From a virus (taxonomy: Duplodnaviria; Heunggongvirae; Uroviricota; Caudoviricetes): a DNA stretch of 36,778 nucleotides. The stretch spans positions 105,842 through 142,619 of IMG/VR virus record IMGVR_UViG_3300033156_001223; one strand, given 5' to 3'. Position 1 is the stretch's first letter; every line of letters begins with the position of its first letter. Below are positions 17,883 to 26,762 of this stretch, piece after piece. The notes below the pieces were generated by a model. That model made no database searches. It had not been told where the DNA came from and saw nothing but the letters and a program-made list of their open reading frames with translations. A program made the position numbers and the translations under genes.

Positions 17883-18373
17883 TTTTCACCTCCTCTATTA
17901 AGTAATGTATCTCTCACAACCTCTTCCAAATCCTCTTCAAATAAATCATTTGCATAAGGACAATTTCCCTCTTTCGCAGACCATATAACAGTATTACAGA
18001 ACTTACATCTTATTTCTGTGAGTTCATCATAACGATCCCTTTCCGTGAAATGATCTGGGTATCCGGTCCAGATATGCTTTTCAACAATTTCATACTTCAT
18101 GTCATTAAGGCCCAAATCTTTTCCGCAATTCATACACTTAGTTAAGACTCCTTCCTCCCCTTCATCACCATCTTTTTCTTCATTTTTGGGCATATTATGT
18201 CCAAATTTAGCTATCTCACTCTCAAGCTCTTTGACCTTGTTTTCTAAAAGCGACATCCTTTTTTCTATTGAGCTTGCTTTCTCCTTCAACTCCAGTATAT
18301 ACTCCACAATTTCATCAGTTCTTTCTTTCATTTTAATTATTTCCTTTTCCATTAGCTCAATCTCTTTTTCCAT
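17879..18373 (-). CDS. Coiled-coil plus Zn-ribbon protein
   Basis: Heptad-like N-half; CMNC..CKFC. Confidence 0.6.
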   Translation of the reverse strand: MEKEIELMEKEIIKMKERTDEIVEYILELKEKASSIEKRMSLLENKVKELESEIAKFGHNMPKNEEKDGDEGEEGVLTKCMNCGKDLGLNDMKYEIVEKHIWTGYPDHFTERDRYDELTEIRCKFCNTVIWSAKEGNCPYANDLFEEDLEEVVRDTLLNRGGEK

Positions 18374-18410
18374 ATCTTCTTCCTCCTTTTTCTTTATCTG
18401 AGGACTTTAT

Positions 18411-18947
18411 TCAAATTAACTGTAGATACTTACTCACCGGATCTTCAAGATCTTTCAGATTATGTATCCGATAAATACTCTGGTATTTACCATCTGGAAA
18501 TAACTGAATTACATCAGTAGTATACTGAGAATTGTATGGCCAGGAGTAAATGAAACGAATAAATGGTGCAGGAGCAAAATGTTGGGGTGCATCATCTATC
18601 AATCCTATTGCCTCAAGCTGTGCGGTAAGTAAATATTTCTCTTTCATAGACTCAACATGGTAAATAATTGGACTATCATACCCATGCTTCTCTAACCACT
18701 CCTGAGTAATATCTGGTGGGATCGGCCTAGTGCTAGCGAATACAAAATCTATTAACCCTTTCCATTTAAGCAAGAAAGAAAGAGAAGAAGGAATCGGCTC
18801 AAGTGATAGATAAAATTCTGGATCTCGAAACATATTAAAAATGTATTCAGGAAAATTATTATAACTCCAATCCCACTGTGGGTAGACCTGAAACATCTTT
18901 TTCGGAGTATTAGCCACCACTCCATCTATATCAATTACCAATTTCAT
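18411..18947 (-). CDS. HAD-family 5'(3')-deoxyribonucleotidase (NT5C-like)
   Basis: Motif I VIDIDGVV, ASTRP, motif IV LIDDAP; start MKLVID at 18947 with SD GGAGG. Confidence 0.8.
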   Translation of the reverse strand: MKLVIDIDGVVANTPKKMFQVYPQWDWSYNNFPEYIFNMFRDPEFYLSLEPIPSSLSFLLKWKGLIDFVFASTRPIPPDITQEWLEKHGYDSPIIYHVESMKEKYLLTAQLEAIGLIDDAPQHFAPAPFIRFIYSWPYNSQYTTDVIQLFPDGKYQSIYRIHNLKDLEDPVSKYLQLI

Positions 18948-19515
18948 TTGCCTCCTCCCTCGATTCACTTATCCAATTCCTAATAATTTCCTCTGCTTCC
19001 TGAGATACATAGGCAAAATGATTGTCGGCATCAATAACTGCTGTTCTCCAATAGAACGGAAACTGATATTCATATAACACTTGATCATACCGTCGCAGAA
19101 GCTTCTTTAGCTTCGACACTCTAACATTCTCTCCTTTTACACGACATCTTGCCGCTGCCATTGGGGCACTAACTCTGAGATAAATTACATAATCTGGATC
19201 CTTAAGAAATCTCTTTAACCACAAACGCTTACCATAAACTCTCCGAGATATAGGTAAATAACGATCACAGACAATCACCCAGTCCGGGTATCTGGAAAGA
19301 AAGTATTTGTAATGAAAGAAATGATCTAGATAGAAAAGTGGAGTAGTTAGAAATGAGAGGTGTAGTCGAAAGAGAAAGCGAATAATCTTCTCTATGACTA
19401 TACAGACTAAAACATGTGGTGATCCAGGTTCTTTAGTAGTGATGTAAAACTGGGACAACCATTTGCACAAAGTAGTTTTGCCTGATCCATCAATTCCCTC
19501 AATCGCGATTATCAT
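18931..19515 (-). CDS. tmk: Thymidylate (dTMP) kinase-like protein
   Basis: IAIEGIDGSGKTT, KEPG, VCDRY, PDYVIYL; start MIIAIEG at 19515. Confidence 0.8.
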   Translation of the reverse strand: MIIAIEGIDGSGKTTLCKWLSQFYITTKEPGSPHVLVCIVIEKIIRFLFRLHLSFLTTPLFYLDHFFHYKYFLSRYPDWVIVCDRYLPISRRVYGKRLWLKRFLKDPDYVIYLRVSAPMAAARCRVKGENVRVSKLKKLLRRYDQVLYEYQFPFYWRTAVIDADNHFAYVSQEAEEIIRNWISESREEANEIGN

Positions 19516-19744
19516 CTTCCTCCTCCATTTCAGTATTTTTAGCTCTTTCATCTATCCATTCAGAAAAATCTGGTAATGACCTAAAGAGAGTATGTTTCGT
19601 CTGTGAGTAGTTACAATAAGGGCATGTAAGAGTCAAAGAGAATAATCCAACAGTAAGCCCAATATCATCAACACATATCAGCCTTTGACAATCCGGGCAT
19701 TTCCAGTTTACGGATGTTTGGTCAGAATGATTAATTACTCTCAT
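19499..19744 (-). CDS. Small Zn-ribbon protein
   Basis: CPDC..CPYC; SD GGAGG. Confidence 0.55.
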   Translation of the reverse strand: MRVINHSDQTSVNWKCPDCQRLICVDDIGLTVGLFSLTLTCPYCNYSQTKHTLFRSLPDFSEWIDERAKNTEMEEEDDNRD

Positions 19745-19777
19745 CTTACCCTCCTACTAACATACTTTTCTTACTCG

Positions 19778-20500
19778 TTATAACACAATTTCTATCTCCC
19801 CTTTCAAAGTAGCCGCATATTTGCCCACCAACCAAATCGGTGGGTCAATACTAGACTGCTTGATAAGCTTCTTACTAGTAACGACTTTCGAACTGCGGGA
19901 CCAAAGAAAGTTACATGCCTTGTCAACATTGCCATGAGAGAACAATTTTACAATATACCCTGGTTCAGCAATAGTTACATAGAATCCCTCTATTGGAGTA
20001 AGAGAAATAGCTGGAAAGGAAGTAATATCCGTTCTAATCTGTTTTGTGGGCTTACAGTACCAAAATCCTTTAAAATATGCAGCTTTAATGGCATATTCTA
20101 AAACCTTATTTGACAGATGGCGAGCAATATTAAGTGATACCTCCAGTGGATCTATTTTTAATGAATAAAGATTATTAAGAGCTGTGGTCATACCCAAGAT
20201 TATAGGAGCCCAATCCAAAGCACTGTCTAAGTCCAGTAATGTTGGTATCAGAATATTGGTAGGCTCAGCAAGATCTAGAAGCGAAAAGATCATGGAGCAG
20301 ATAGGAAAACTAACTCTATTGTCCCGGAGAAATGTATCTAGTGAGTAGGTAAATTCACCTATTGAAGAGATTAACTTTACATTATGCTCTTCTCCCTTTT
20401 CTACCCCAACATATACCCATTGAGAAATTGGAGCAAGAAGAGCCTTCTGTTCAGAGGTACAGAAACAAATTACTTCCGGATATAGAGCCTCTGTGGTCAT
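19778..20500 (-). CDS. Hypothetical protein translationally coupled to rmlA
   Basis: ATGA overlap with rmlA stop; no motif recognised. Confidence 0.65.
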   Translation of the reverse strand: MTTEALYPEVICFCTSEQKALLAPISQWVYVGVEKGEEHNVKLISSIGEFTYSLDTFLRDNRVSFPICSMIFSLLDLAEPTNILIPTLLDLDSALDWAPIILGMTTALNNLYSLKIDPLEVSLNIARHLSNKVLEYAIKAAYFKGFWYCKPTKQIRTDITSFPAISLTPIEGFYVTIAEPGYIVKLFSHGNVDKACNFLWSRSSKVVTSKKLIKQSSIDPPIWLVGKYAATLKGEIEIVL

Positions 20501-21213
20501 GTGATCACTTTTTGGATGACTAGTTGATTAGCCCGATGATAACTTTCAAAAGTACCTGCGTCTACCCAGGCTCCTTCAAGAAAATAATGATGAAGCACCC
20601 CTCTTTTAATATATTCATTGAAGACGTCAACGATTTCTGTCTCCAATCTTTTACTAGGTTTAAGACGTGGAATAACACTCCAAATATATGGGTCAAAATA
20701 ATATATCCCAGTTACTGCATATTCGCTAGGTGGCACTACTGGTTTCTCAACGATTTCTATAATTTCATTTGCCTCATCAAATTTTGGTACTCCAAATCGG
20801 GAAGGATCAGAAACTTTAGCAAGGAAGACAACACACCCATCTGGTTCCTCTTCTACTATCTCAATAGGAAGTGGATCATCAAAGATATTGTCGCTGAGTA
20901 ACACAAAAAACTTCTCATCACCAATAATATCCTTAGTTAACCATATTGCACTAGGTATTCCGTTAGGCTCTTCCTGAACTACATAGAAAAACTGGCACCC
21001 AAATTCAGCACCAGAACCTAAGAGATTGATAATATCCCCACTATGCTCTTTCCCCGTAATAACAGCTATTTGAGTAATACCAACATTTACTAATTTTTCT
21101 ACTGAGTAATAAATCATGGGTTTGTTGCCTACCGGTAGGGTGGCTTTATTATGAACTTTAGTTAACGGATAAAGTCTAGATCCTGTCCCCCCCGCGAGAA
21201 TGACTCCCTTCAT
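20497..21213 (-). CDS. rmlA: Glucose-1-phosphate thymidylyltransferase (short form)
   Basis: MKGVILAGGTGSRLYPLT..NK..LPVG.KPMIYY; QEEPNGI; LSDNIF; RFGV; EKP; AVTGIY; ELE-like LETEI; WVDAGT. Confidence 0.92.
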   Translation of the reverse strand: MKGVILAGGTGSRLYPLTKVHNKATLPVGNKPMIYYSVEKLVNVGITQIAVITGKEHSGDIINLLGSGAEFGCQFFYVVQEEPNGIPSAIWLTKDIIGDEKFFVLLSDNIFDDPLPIEIVEEEPDGCVVFLAKVSDPSRFGVPKFDEANEIIEIVEKPVVPPSEYAVTGIYYFDPYIWSVIPRLKPSKRLETEIVDVFNEYIKRGVLHHYFLEGAWVDAGTFESYHRANQLVIQKVIT

Positions 21214-21562
21214 AACTCTCCTCCGTAATAAATTGAATTTTGAGAAATACCCCGTCCGACATTGATATGGGAACAACTGTTATTTTGGGGGATTTCTCAG
21301 TGACTTTTAACCATGCCGCATATACTAAACTTTTTTGGCACAATTCTGGAATAGAAGTATCAAGAGCAGATTCGAGGAGTACATCAAGATTATTATCTTT
21401 AGCTAACATAAAGCAGTATTTACACATACATCTCTCCAAATGACCTAAATTGTCAAAAGTAGGATTCTCATGGGCTTTGGCCCACGCATCTACTACCTCA
21501 TCACCAAAGTATATCTTCAGATATTCCTTGGTTTTTCTAAGTATTGCCTCGTAATCCACCAT
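21176..21562 (-). CDS. Hypothetical protein between rmlD and rmlA
   Basis: Overlaps both neighbours. Confidence 0.55.
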   Translation of the reverse strand: MVDYEAILRKTKEYLKIYFGDEVVDAWAKAHENPTFDNLGHLERCMCKYCFMLAKDNNLDVLLESALDTSIPELCQKSLVYAAWLKVTEKSPKITVVPISMSDGVFLKIQFITEESYEGSHSRGGDRI

Positions 21563-22442
21563 ATTTATTATACAATGACAACAAATAAGTTTGTAGATCC
21601 TCAGTAAAATGCCTAACCGTGAAGTTCAATTTACCCATGACTATAGAAGTCATTGATGTATTTTTAGGTCTAGGAGCTGGAACTGGGTATTCAGAACTCA
21701 ATATCGGTTTAATTTTGATATCTTGGATATTCAGTACTTGAAAACAATAGCACGCCAATTCATACTTTGATATTGATCCAGAATTAGTAGAGTGCAGAAG
21801 CTTATATTTTGCAGATGGATAATTATAGAAGAAGTCATGATATAGCAAAATTATATGAGCAGCTCGAGTTGCCCAAGTAGGAGTTCCTACTAAGTCATAA
21901 GCAATTCTAAAATTCCTCTCACCCTCCAAATAACGATGTATTAATCTACTAGGGAAATCTCTCCCATCTTTCCCAAACAACCAAGATACTCTACATACCC
22001 AGAATTCAGCATCCAACACTGCCTTTTCTCCTAACCACTTACTCCTCCCATATTGGTTGATAGGATTCGGCTTTTTTTCTTCATGATAAGGAGGGTTGGT
22101 ACCATCAAAGACAAAATCAGTTCCAATATGAATCAGCCCAACATTAAGATCCCTACAAATATTAGCCAATTCCTTAACCGCTCTATAATTAATATCCATT
22201 GCCAAATCCGGTTCTAACTCACATCTGTCAACATCGGTCATGGCCACACAATTTATTACCATTACCTTCTCAGACTTAGTAATATGATCTTTGATAAAAT
22301 ATTGCAACTCTTCAGAATTTCTAATATCAATTTCTCTGGGAACTACATTCAACTTGAGATAATCAGACCAGACCCTAACAATTGCTTGACCAAGCTGTCC
22401 AGTAGCACCGAGTATGATTGCTCGCTTTAATCCTCTAGTCAT
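21537..22442 (-). CDS. rmlD: dTDP-4-dehydrorhamnose reductase
   Basis: GATGQLG, NCVAMTDVD.CE, HIGTDFVFDG, PNPINQYGRSK (YxxxK), RVSWLFG, GTPT, APRP. Confidence 0.92.
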   Translation of the reverse strand: MTRGLKRAIILGATGQLGQAIVRVWSDYLKLNVVPREIDIRNSEELQYFIKDHITKSEKVMVINCVAMTDVDRCELEPDLAMDINYRAVKELANICRDLNVGLIHIGTDFVFDGTNPPYHEEKKPNPINQYGRSKWLGEKAVLDAEFWVCRVSWLFGKDGRDFPSRLIHRYLEGERNFRIAYDLVGTPTWATRAAHIILLYHDFFYNYPSAKYKLLHSTNSGSISKYELACYCFQVLNIQDIKIKPILSSEYPVPAPRPKNTSMTSIVMGKLNFTVRHFTEDLQTYLLSLYNKYGGLRGNT

Positions 22443-23025
22443 TTTCCCACGGCAGCTTGAAGTCGTCGATAAATGTTCCACACTGCTTACGAGAAGCTAA
22501 AAAATCAGCCAAAAAAAGGAGAATTTGGGGTAGACTAAAGTCATTTAGATTGGTATGGCCTGGAGGCCCCCAGCGTCCCATATGAGTGCGTATTAAATCA
22601 GCTACTTTCATAGCATCTTCCTTAGGATGTTTAGTAACAAATAAATCAGTATTTTGCCTTACTAATTCAGAGGCAGTTAATGGGTGATTCTCATATTCTT
22701 TTCCATTTTTATACTTTATTTTTTTGCCGATATCATGTAAAACGGCTGCCATCAACATTGCCGAGTAGTCTTCTTTTGAAAAATCTAAAGCTTCACAAAA
22801 CTGATGGACGAAATAGCAAACTCTCTTAGTATGGATAATTAGACCTCCTTCCCCTCGTGCACACATCGGGTGATGTGTACCACTACTACTTGCAGGAGCA
22901 AAGAAGAACTCATCGGGAATTATTTTTAAAATGAAATTGCGAGTGGTTTCTCGGTAATCCTGGGTCATTTGCAGTAATTCCCACTCAAAGCAAGCCAACT
23001 TTTGTTCATCAGTCAGTTTCTTCAC
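22435..23025 (-). CDS. HD-domain phosphohydrolase
   Basis: APAS..HH..GGLIIHT, AAVLHDIGK, HP, THMG, LADFLAS. Confidence 0.85.
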   Translation of the reverse strand: MKKLTDEQKLACFEWELLQMTQDYRETTRNFILKIIPDEFFFAPASSSGTHHPMCARGEGGLIIHTKRVCYFVHQFCEALDFSKEDYSAMLMAAVLHDIGKKIKYKNGKEYENHPLTASELVRQNTDLFVTKHPKEDAMKVADLIRTHMGRWGPPGHTNLNDFSLPQILLFLADFLASRKQCGTFIDDFKLPWEND

Positions 23026-24016
23026 CAGTATCCTCCTTGTTAAATTTACTTACCTCCACAAAAGCTCTCTCCCATTCATCAGCTACTTGATCAGAGGTAT
23101 GAGTAGCAAAGACCCAATCCCGCAACTTCATACCCAACTTTCTTCTTGAATCATCTTTAATTAACTTTTCCAAAGCATTATACCAATCCTCGGTAGTATT
23201 CTTAACTTTAATCATTACTTCAGAAGGCACTTTCGAGTATTCCCCAACATCAGAAGCTACTACTGGGAAGCCACATAGACCATACTCCAGAATTTTGATA
23301 TTGCTTTTTGCACGATTGAATTTGTTGTCTACTAAGGGTGCAATAGCTATATCAAGTGGTAAAGTAAGTAAAGTATCAATGTATTTTTCAATAGGAACTG
23401 GTCGAATATAGACTGACTTAAATCCTGACAGAGCCCAGTCAGGAATATAACCAAAGAAAAATATTTGAAAATTATATTTTTTGTTTAGTTTAGTAAGAGC
23501 TTTTCTTACTATTGCCAAATCAGGGCCGTGAGTCATACTACCAGCCCACCCAATAGTAAGCATAGGAGAACGATTAATGGAAGGTTGCATAGTTTTCCAT
23601 TCTTCAGGAATGGTATTTTTAATAACTTTTACCTTTCCATAAGATGAATAAAGGGAGGATAGTTCCTTGGTAGTTACTGTGATAAGTTTGGAATTTTCCA
23701 TGAAAAGCTTGATTCGAGGCATGTGTTTCTTGAGATAGTTACTGGGATTTCCTTCGGGAATATTTACATAGTTATCATCAATATCGTAAATCCAGGGTAT
23801 CCCCCATTTATGTAAAATGTTAAGTACTCTTGGACTATCTACTCTCTGACAATAGACGACATCTGGTTGGAAATCGATGTGAGCGAACATATCCTCAAAA
23901 ATCACATTAGTGGTGCGAAAATCATGCCCACGTTTGTTCATAAGATGAGCAGGTACTAAATGCCTGTAGAAATAACAACCACCAGTTGGTCCAATCAACC
24001 CCAAAATCTTCATCAC
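23009..24016 (-). CDS. Glycosyltransferase, GT-B fold (GT4-like)
   Basis: GCYFYR, YDIDD, IGWAGS..H, DIAIAPL..N.FN..KSNIKILEY..G.PVVAS. Confidence 0.88.
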   Translation of the reverse strand: MMKILGLIGPTGGCYFYRHLVPAHLMNKRGHDFRTTNVIFEDMFAHIDFQPDVVYCQRVDSPRVLNILHKWGIPWIYDIDDNYVNIPEGNPSNYLKKHMPRIKLFMENSKLITVTTKELSSLYSSYGKVKVIKNTIPEEWKTMQPSINRSPMLTIGWAGSMTHGPDLAIVRKALTKLNKKYNFQIFFFGYIPDWALSGFKSVYIRPVPIEKYIDTLLTLPLDIAIAPLVDNKFNRAKSNIKILEYGLCGFPVVASDVGEYSKVPSEVMIKVKNTTEDWYNALEKLIKDDSRRKLGMKLRDWVFATHTSDQVADEWERAFVEVSKFNKEDTGEETD

Positions 24017-24019
24017 GCC

Positions 24020-24048
24020 ACTTTACCAAATTTTGTTTAATAAATCAA
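24020..24048 (-). promoter_or_regulatory. sigma70 promoter of GT4-HD-rmlD-rmlA operon (likely leaderless)
   Basis: TTGATT(24043-24048)-17-TAAAGT(24020-24025); expected start site falls at about the ATG at 24013; no SD. Confidence 0.65.
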
Positions 24049-24051
24049 GCT

Positions 24052-24079
24052 AAAAAAGGAGGGCACCCAGCCCTCCTTT
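24052..24079 (-). terminator. Intrinsic terminator
   Basis: 9-bp stem AAGGAGGGC/GCCCTCCTT, 5-nt loop, followed by a T run on the minus strand. Confidence 0.8.
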
Positions 24080-24144
24080 ACCTTATCTCGAGGGAGAACA
24101 CTCAGCCCTCCCCCAGTTAGTATAAGTATACCCCCATCTCCGGT

Positions 24145-24654
24145 CTATTGTCCAATTAATATTTGGCTATCACCCAAACATTTGACATAGCCAACTTGGC
24201 TAAGTCGATAACTTCGATAATTATTTAAACACCTACGTAAATTACTAGTATAAGCAGAAATTAAGCACTTTTTGGTATTGGCGTTGCAAATATAAACTTT
24301 ATCTGAAGTCCATTTAGTCCTTGAAGACACCATGGCTACTGCCTCGAGAATAAGTAGGATAGCTGCCTGAGCATCAGTTACCTCATCACCAGAACTAAAT
24401 TCTACATTATGGATACTCACAACGTAATCACAGATGCCATTAGAATCATAATCGGCTACAAGGCAAGTAGCATTAACTGCTCCAGCTCGTGCACTACGTA
24501 AATAGCTTTCAACCGACCTTTCTGCGTATCTGATATTACCATAACTATTCCCACACAAATCACGATTCTTTGGGTCTGTGTAATCAGTCGGTCGTTCACA
24601 CGCGACAAAGAAAAGCAGAATGAAGAGTAAGAGTAGAATACTTTGTCTCATCAT
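24145..24654 (-). CDS. Predicted lipoprotein
   Basis: Basic N-terminus, hydrophobic core, lipobox FVA-C; Cys-rich mature part. Confidence 0.7.
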   Translation of the reverse strand: MMRQSILLLLFILLFFVACERPTDYTDPKNRDLCGNSYGNIRYAERSVESYLRSARAGAVNATCLVADYDSNGICDYVVSIHNVEFSSGDEVTDAQAAILLILEAVAMVSSRTKWTSDKVYICNANTKKCLISAYTSNLRRCLNNYRSYRLSQVGYVKCLGDSQILIGQ

Positions 24655-24663
24655 GACCTCCTT

Positions 24664-24963
24664 TCAAGAATTGTCTTGCCCCTCAGTTTCTATCCAATCG
24701 ACCTCCACATCCCTCACACTAACTTCACATATGTCATCTATTTCCTCCCAATCTATATCTGTTGCTAAATCTACTGGGTCTTGCTCTAGACACTCACAGA
24801 CATAATCATATAAGGCCTCGTTATCTGTTACTATCGAACTAGGTACTGCTAAAGTAAGAGTCAGCCCCCCACGCAGAGTGGCATTAGCTACAAACTTTAC
24901 ATAAACTTCACATTGCAATATTTTATCATCTGTTTTCCGTCCATTGTGCTCTTCTACTTTCAT
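24664..24963 (-). CDS. Acidic hypothetical protein, paralog family A
   Basis: VP..IV.D.EALYDYV shared with 25938..26183 and 26421..26678. Confidence 0.6.
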   Translation of the reverse strand: MKVEEHNGRKTDDKILQCEVYVKFVANATLRGGLTLTLAVPSSIVTDNEALYDYVCECLEQDPVDLATDIDWEEIDDICEVSVRDVEVDWIETEGQDNS

Positions 24964-25005
24964 TCAACAAATCTCCAGTGCATCCAATATTGTCTCCTCT
25001 CTTTT

Positions 25006-25299
25006 TCATTCGATCATAATCACTTCTATCCCTTGAGTATCAAAGCTATATTGTTTCATTTCATCAGCCCTAAAAATCTGAACAGTACCCCTACATCCTG
25101 AAAACTCTTGTAGACTCTGTTCAAGCTCATCTATATTATTATCTTCTTGTAGCCATACATACCCTGAAATTATTGTATGACCTTTCAAAGCAGTGATCCA
25201 TAGATGTGAATTGTCAGCAGAAAACTTATCCAAAACCAGTTTAGCTAGTTTAGGTATACTTTCGTTATCCCCCATCAAATCTATATAGACTAATAACAT
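25006..25299 (-). CDS. Hypothetical protein
   Basis: SD GGGGGAG; alternating beta/alpha pattern resembling 27442 and 27769 ORFs. Confidence 0.55.
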   Translation of the reverse strand: MLLVYIDLMGDNESIPKLAKLVLDKFSADNSHLWITALKGHTIISGYVWLQEDNNIDELEQSLQEFSGCRGTVQIFRADEMKQYSFDTQGIEVIMIE

Positions 25300-25309
25300 T
25301 TTACTCCCC

Positions 25310-25951
25310 CTACTCTACATTATGAGTAGACAAAATCTCGATCACATAAGGATCAGTCCAATCAATATCTACCAAACTATCTATCAACTCCTTTTCATCA
25401 TACTCATAAGTAGGATCGAGCCATAGTCTCCCATCAGATTGATAAAATTCCCAAGCAAATAGATGGCTCTGTACTATCGCCTTGTGGAGTAGCAGTTCTG
25501 GCATCCATTTATATGCTCGGCATACCAATCCATCTACATTCTGCTTCGGGCAGTAATCATATCCATAGACTATATGTCCAATTTCGAAGAGTAGCCCTCT
25601 ATAAACCCCTTCCCAGGTATTATCCAAACATAATGAAATTATTAGTCCATTAGTAGAAGATCTTTCACAATCTGTCAGAAACCTAATCTCTACTCCTCTC
25701 CACTCTAAAAATTCTCCCAAATAATTTCTAGTTATTACTTCATTTTTCAAAGCTTCCCCTTCTCGTAAAGAAAGTCCCTTGCTCCATCTTTTGGCAAAAA
25801 CTAATAATCCTTTACTATATCCACACTCAAAAGCATTTGCTGTTGGGCAATCAAAATCTCGCGGTATTACAAAACTGCCAATAATAAATATGAGGCTTAA
25901 CGCCGTAATTATACTTATTACTACTATAATCTTATAATCAGATGTCTTCAT
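25310..25951 (-). CDS. Membrane-anchored protein with degenerate HExxH-like motif
   Basis: N-terminal TM helix; LLFEIGH. Confidence 0.6.
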   Translation of the reverse strand: MKTSDYKIIVVISIITALSLIFIIGSFVIPRDFDCPTANAFECGYSKGLLVFAKRWSKGLSLREGEALKNEVITRNYLGEFLEWRGVEIRFLTDCERSSTNGLIISLCLDNTWEGVYRGLLFEIGHIVYGYDYCPKQNVDGLVCRAYKWMPELLLHKAIVQSHLFAWEFYQSDGRLWLDPTYEYDEKELIDSLVDIDWTDPYVIEILSTHNVE

Positions 25952-26183
25952 CTTCTCCTCCCACTGGAGTTCCTAAAGCATCTTGATCTTCATCCCCAAT
26001 TTTCTCAATGTCAATTTCCTCCAAATCCCACTCAATCACCTCAGATAGCTGTATATCACACTCACTATCTAGTGCGTTATCAATCGCATAATCGCGTATG
26101 TAGTCATATAAAGCATCTCTATCTTGAACTACTGAACGTGGTACAGGGATATCGGTGGTTGTTTCTCCACACAAACTAGCCAA
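25938..26183 (-). CDS. Acidic hypothetical protein, paralog family A (start uncertain)
   Basis: VP..VV.DRDALYDYI; frame is open upstream through SEGRCQVRLFFAG. Confidence 0.55.
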   Translation of the reverse strand: MASLCGETTTDIPVPRSVVQDRDALYDYIRDYAIDNALDSECDIQLSEVIEWDLEEIDIEKIGDEDQDALGTPVGGEDEDI

Positions 26184-26246
26184 ACCTGCGAAAAATAGAC
26201 GAACTTGGCATCTACCCTCACTAAATACCCCCCATTTAAAATGATA

Positions 26247-26320
26247 CAGGGGATTAGAAGATCTAATCCCCTGGAGTCAATAATCCTCGCCTTGATCTAA
26301 GCAAAGCGAGGGAGTCAATA
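26247..26320. repeat. Two tandem hairpin + GAGTCAATA units
   Basis: 12-bp perfect stem 26247-26273 then GAGTCAATA 26274-26282; imperfect stem 26285-26311 then GAGTCAATA 26312-26320. Confidence 0.75.
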
Positions 26321-26420
26321 CCTAATAATATTAATAGGCGAAATATACTTTGTAAACACCTTCACTCATCATCCCCTCTCCTTATTTATTTTTATGATTT
26401 TTACCTTTATAATCTCTTCC

Positions 26421-26678
26421 CTATTCAAGAATTTTAAACTCATCCAACTCAACCTCTTCAATACTATCAATTTCGTAAGTAACATCATACAACATATTCT
26501 CCAATTGTCTTTTTACATACTCCATCACAGCCTCATCATCCTCATCAATCGATATAGGAATAGAAACCATAAAAGTCTGTACAGCATATATCTTGGCTAC
26601 ACCACTAAAGTAACCACGAACAACACGAACAACTTCTTCTTCCTGTTCTTCTCTTCTACTTTCATAAATACACCCCAA
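26421..26678 (-). CDS. Acidic hypothetical protein, paralog family A
   Basis: YF.G.A..IP..D.DEAVMEYV; start probably ATG near 26666. Confidence 0.55.
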   Translation of the reverse strand: MGCIYESRREEQEEEVVRVVRGYFSGVAKIYAVQTFMVSIPISIDEDDEAVMEYVKRQLENMLYDVTYEIDSIEEVELDEFKILE

Positions 26679-26733
26679 TCTCGAATTCTTTTAAATCCAA
26701 AAAAATAATTTGGCCAGATCAGTAGAACAAGTT

Positions 26734-26762
26734 AAAAAAGGTGCGAAGGGCGCCCCGCACCT
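26734..26762 (-). terminator. Intrinsic terminator closing the GC-rich RNA
   Basis: AGGTGCG/CGCACCT stem followed by TTTTTT. Confidence 0.8.
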
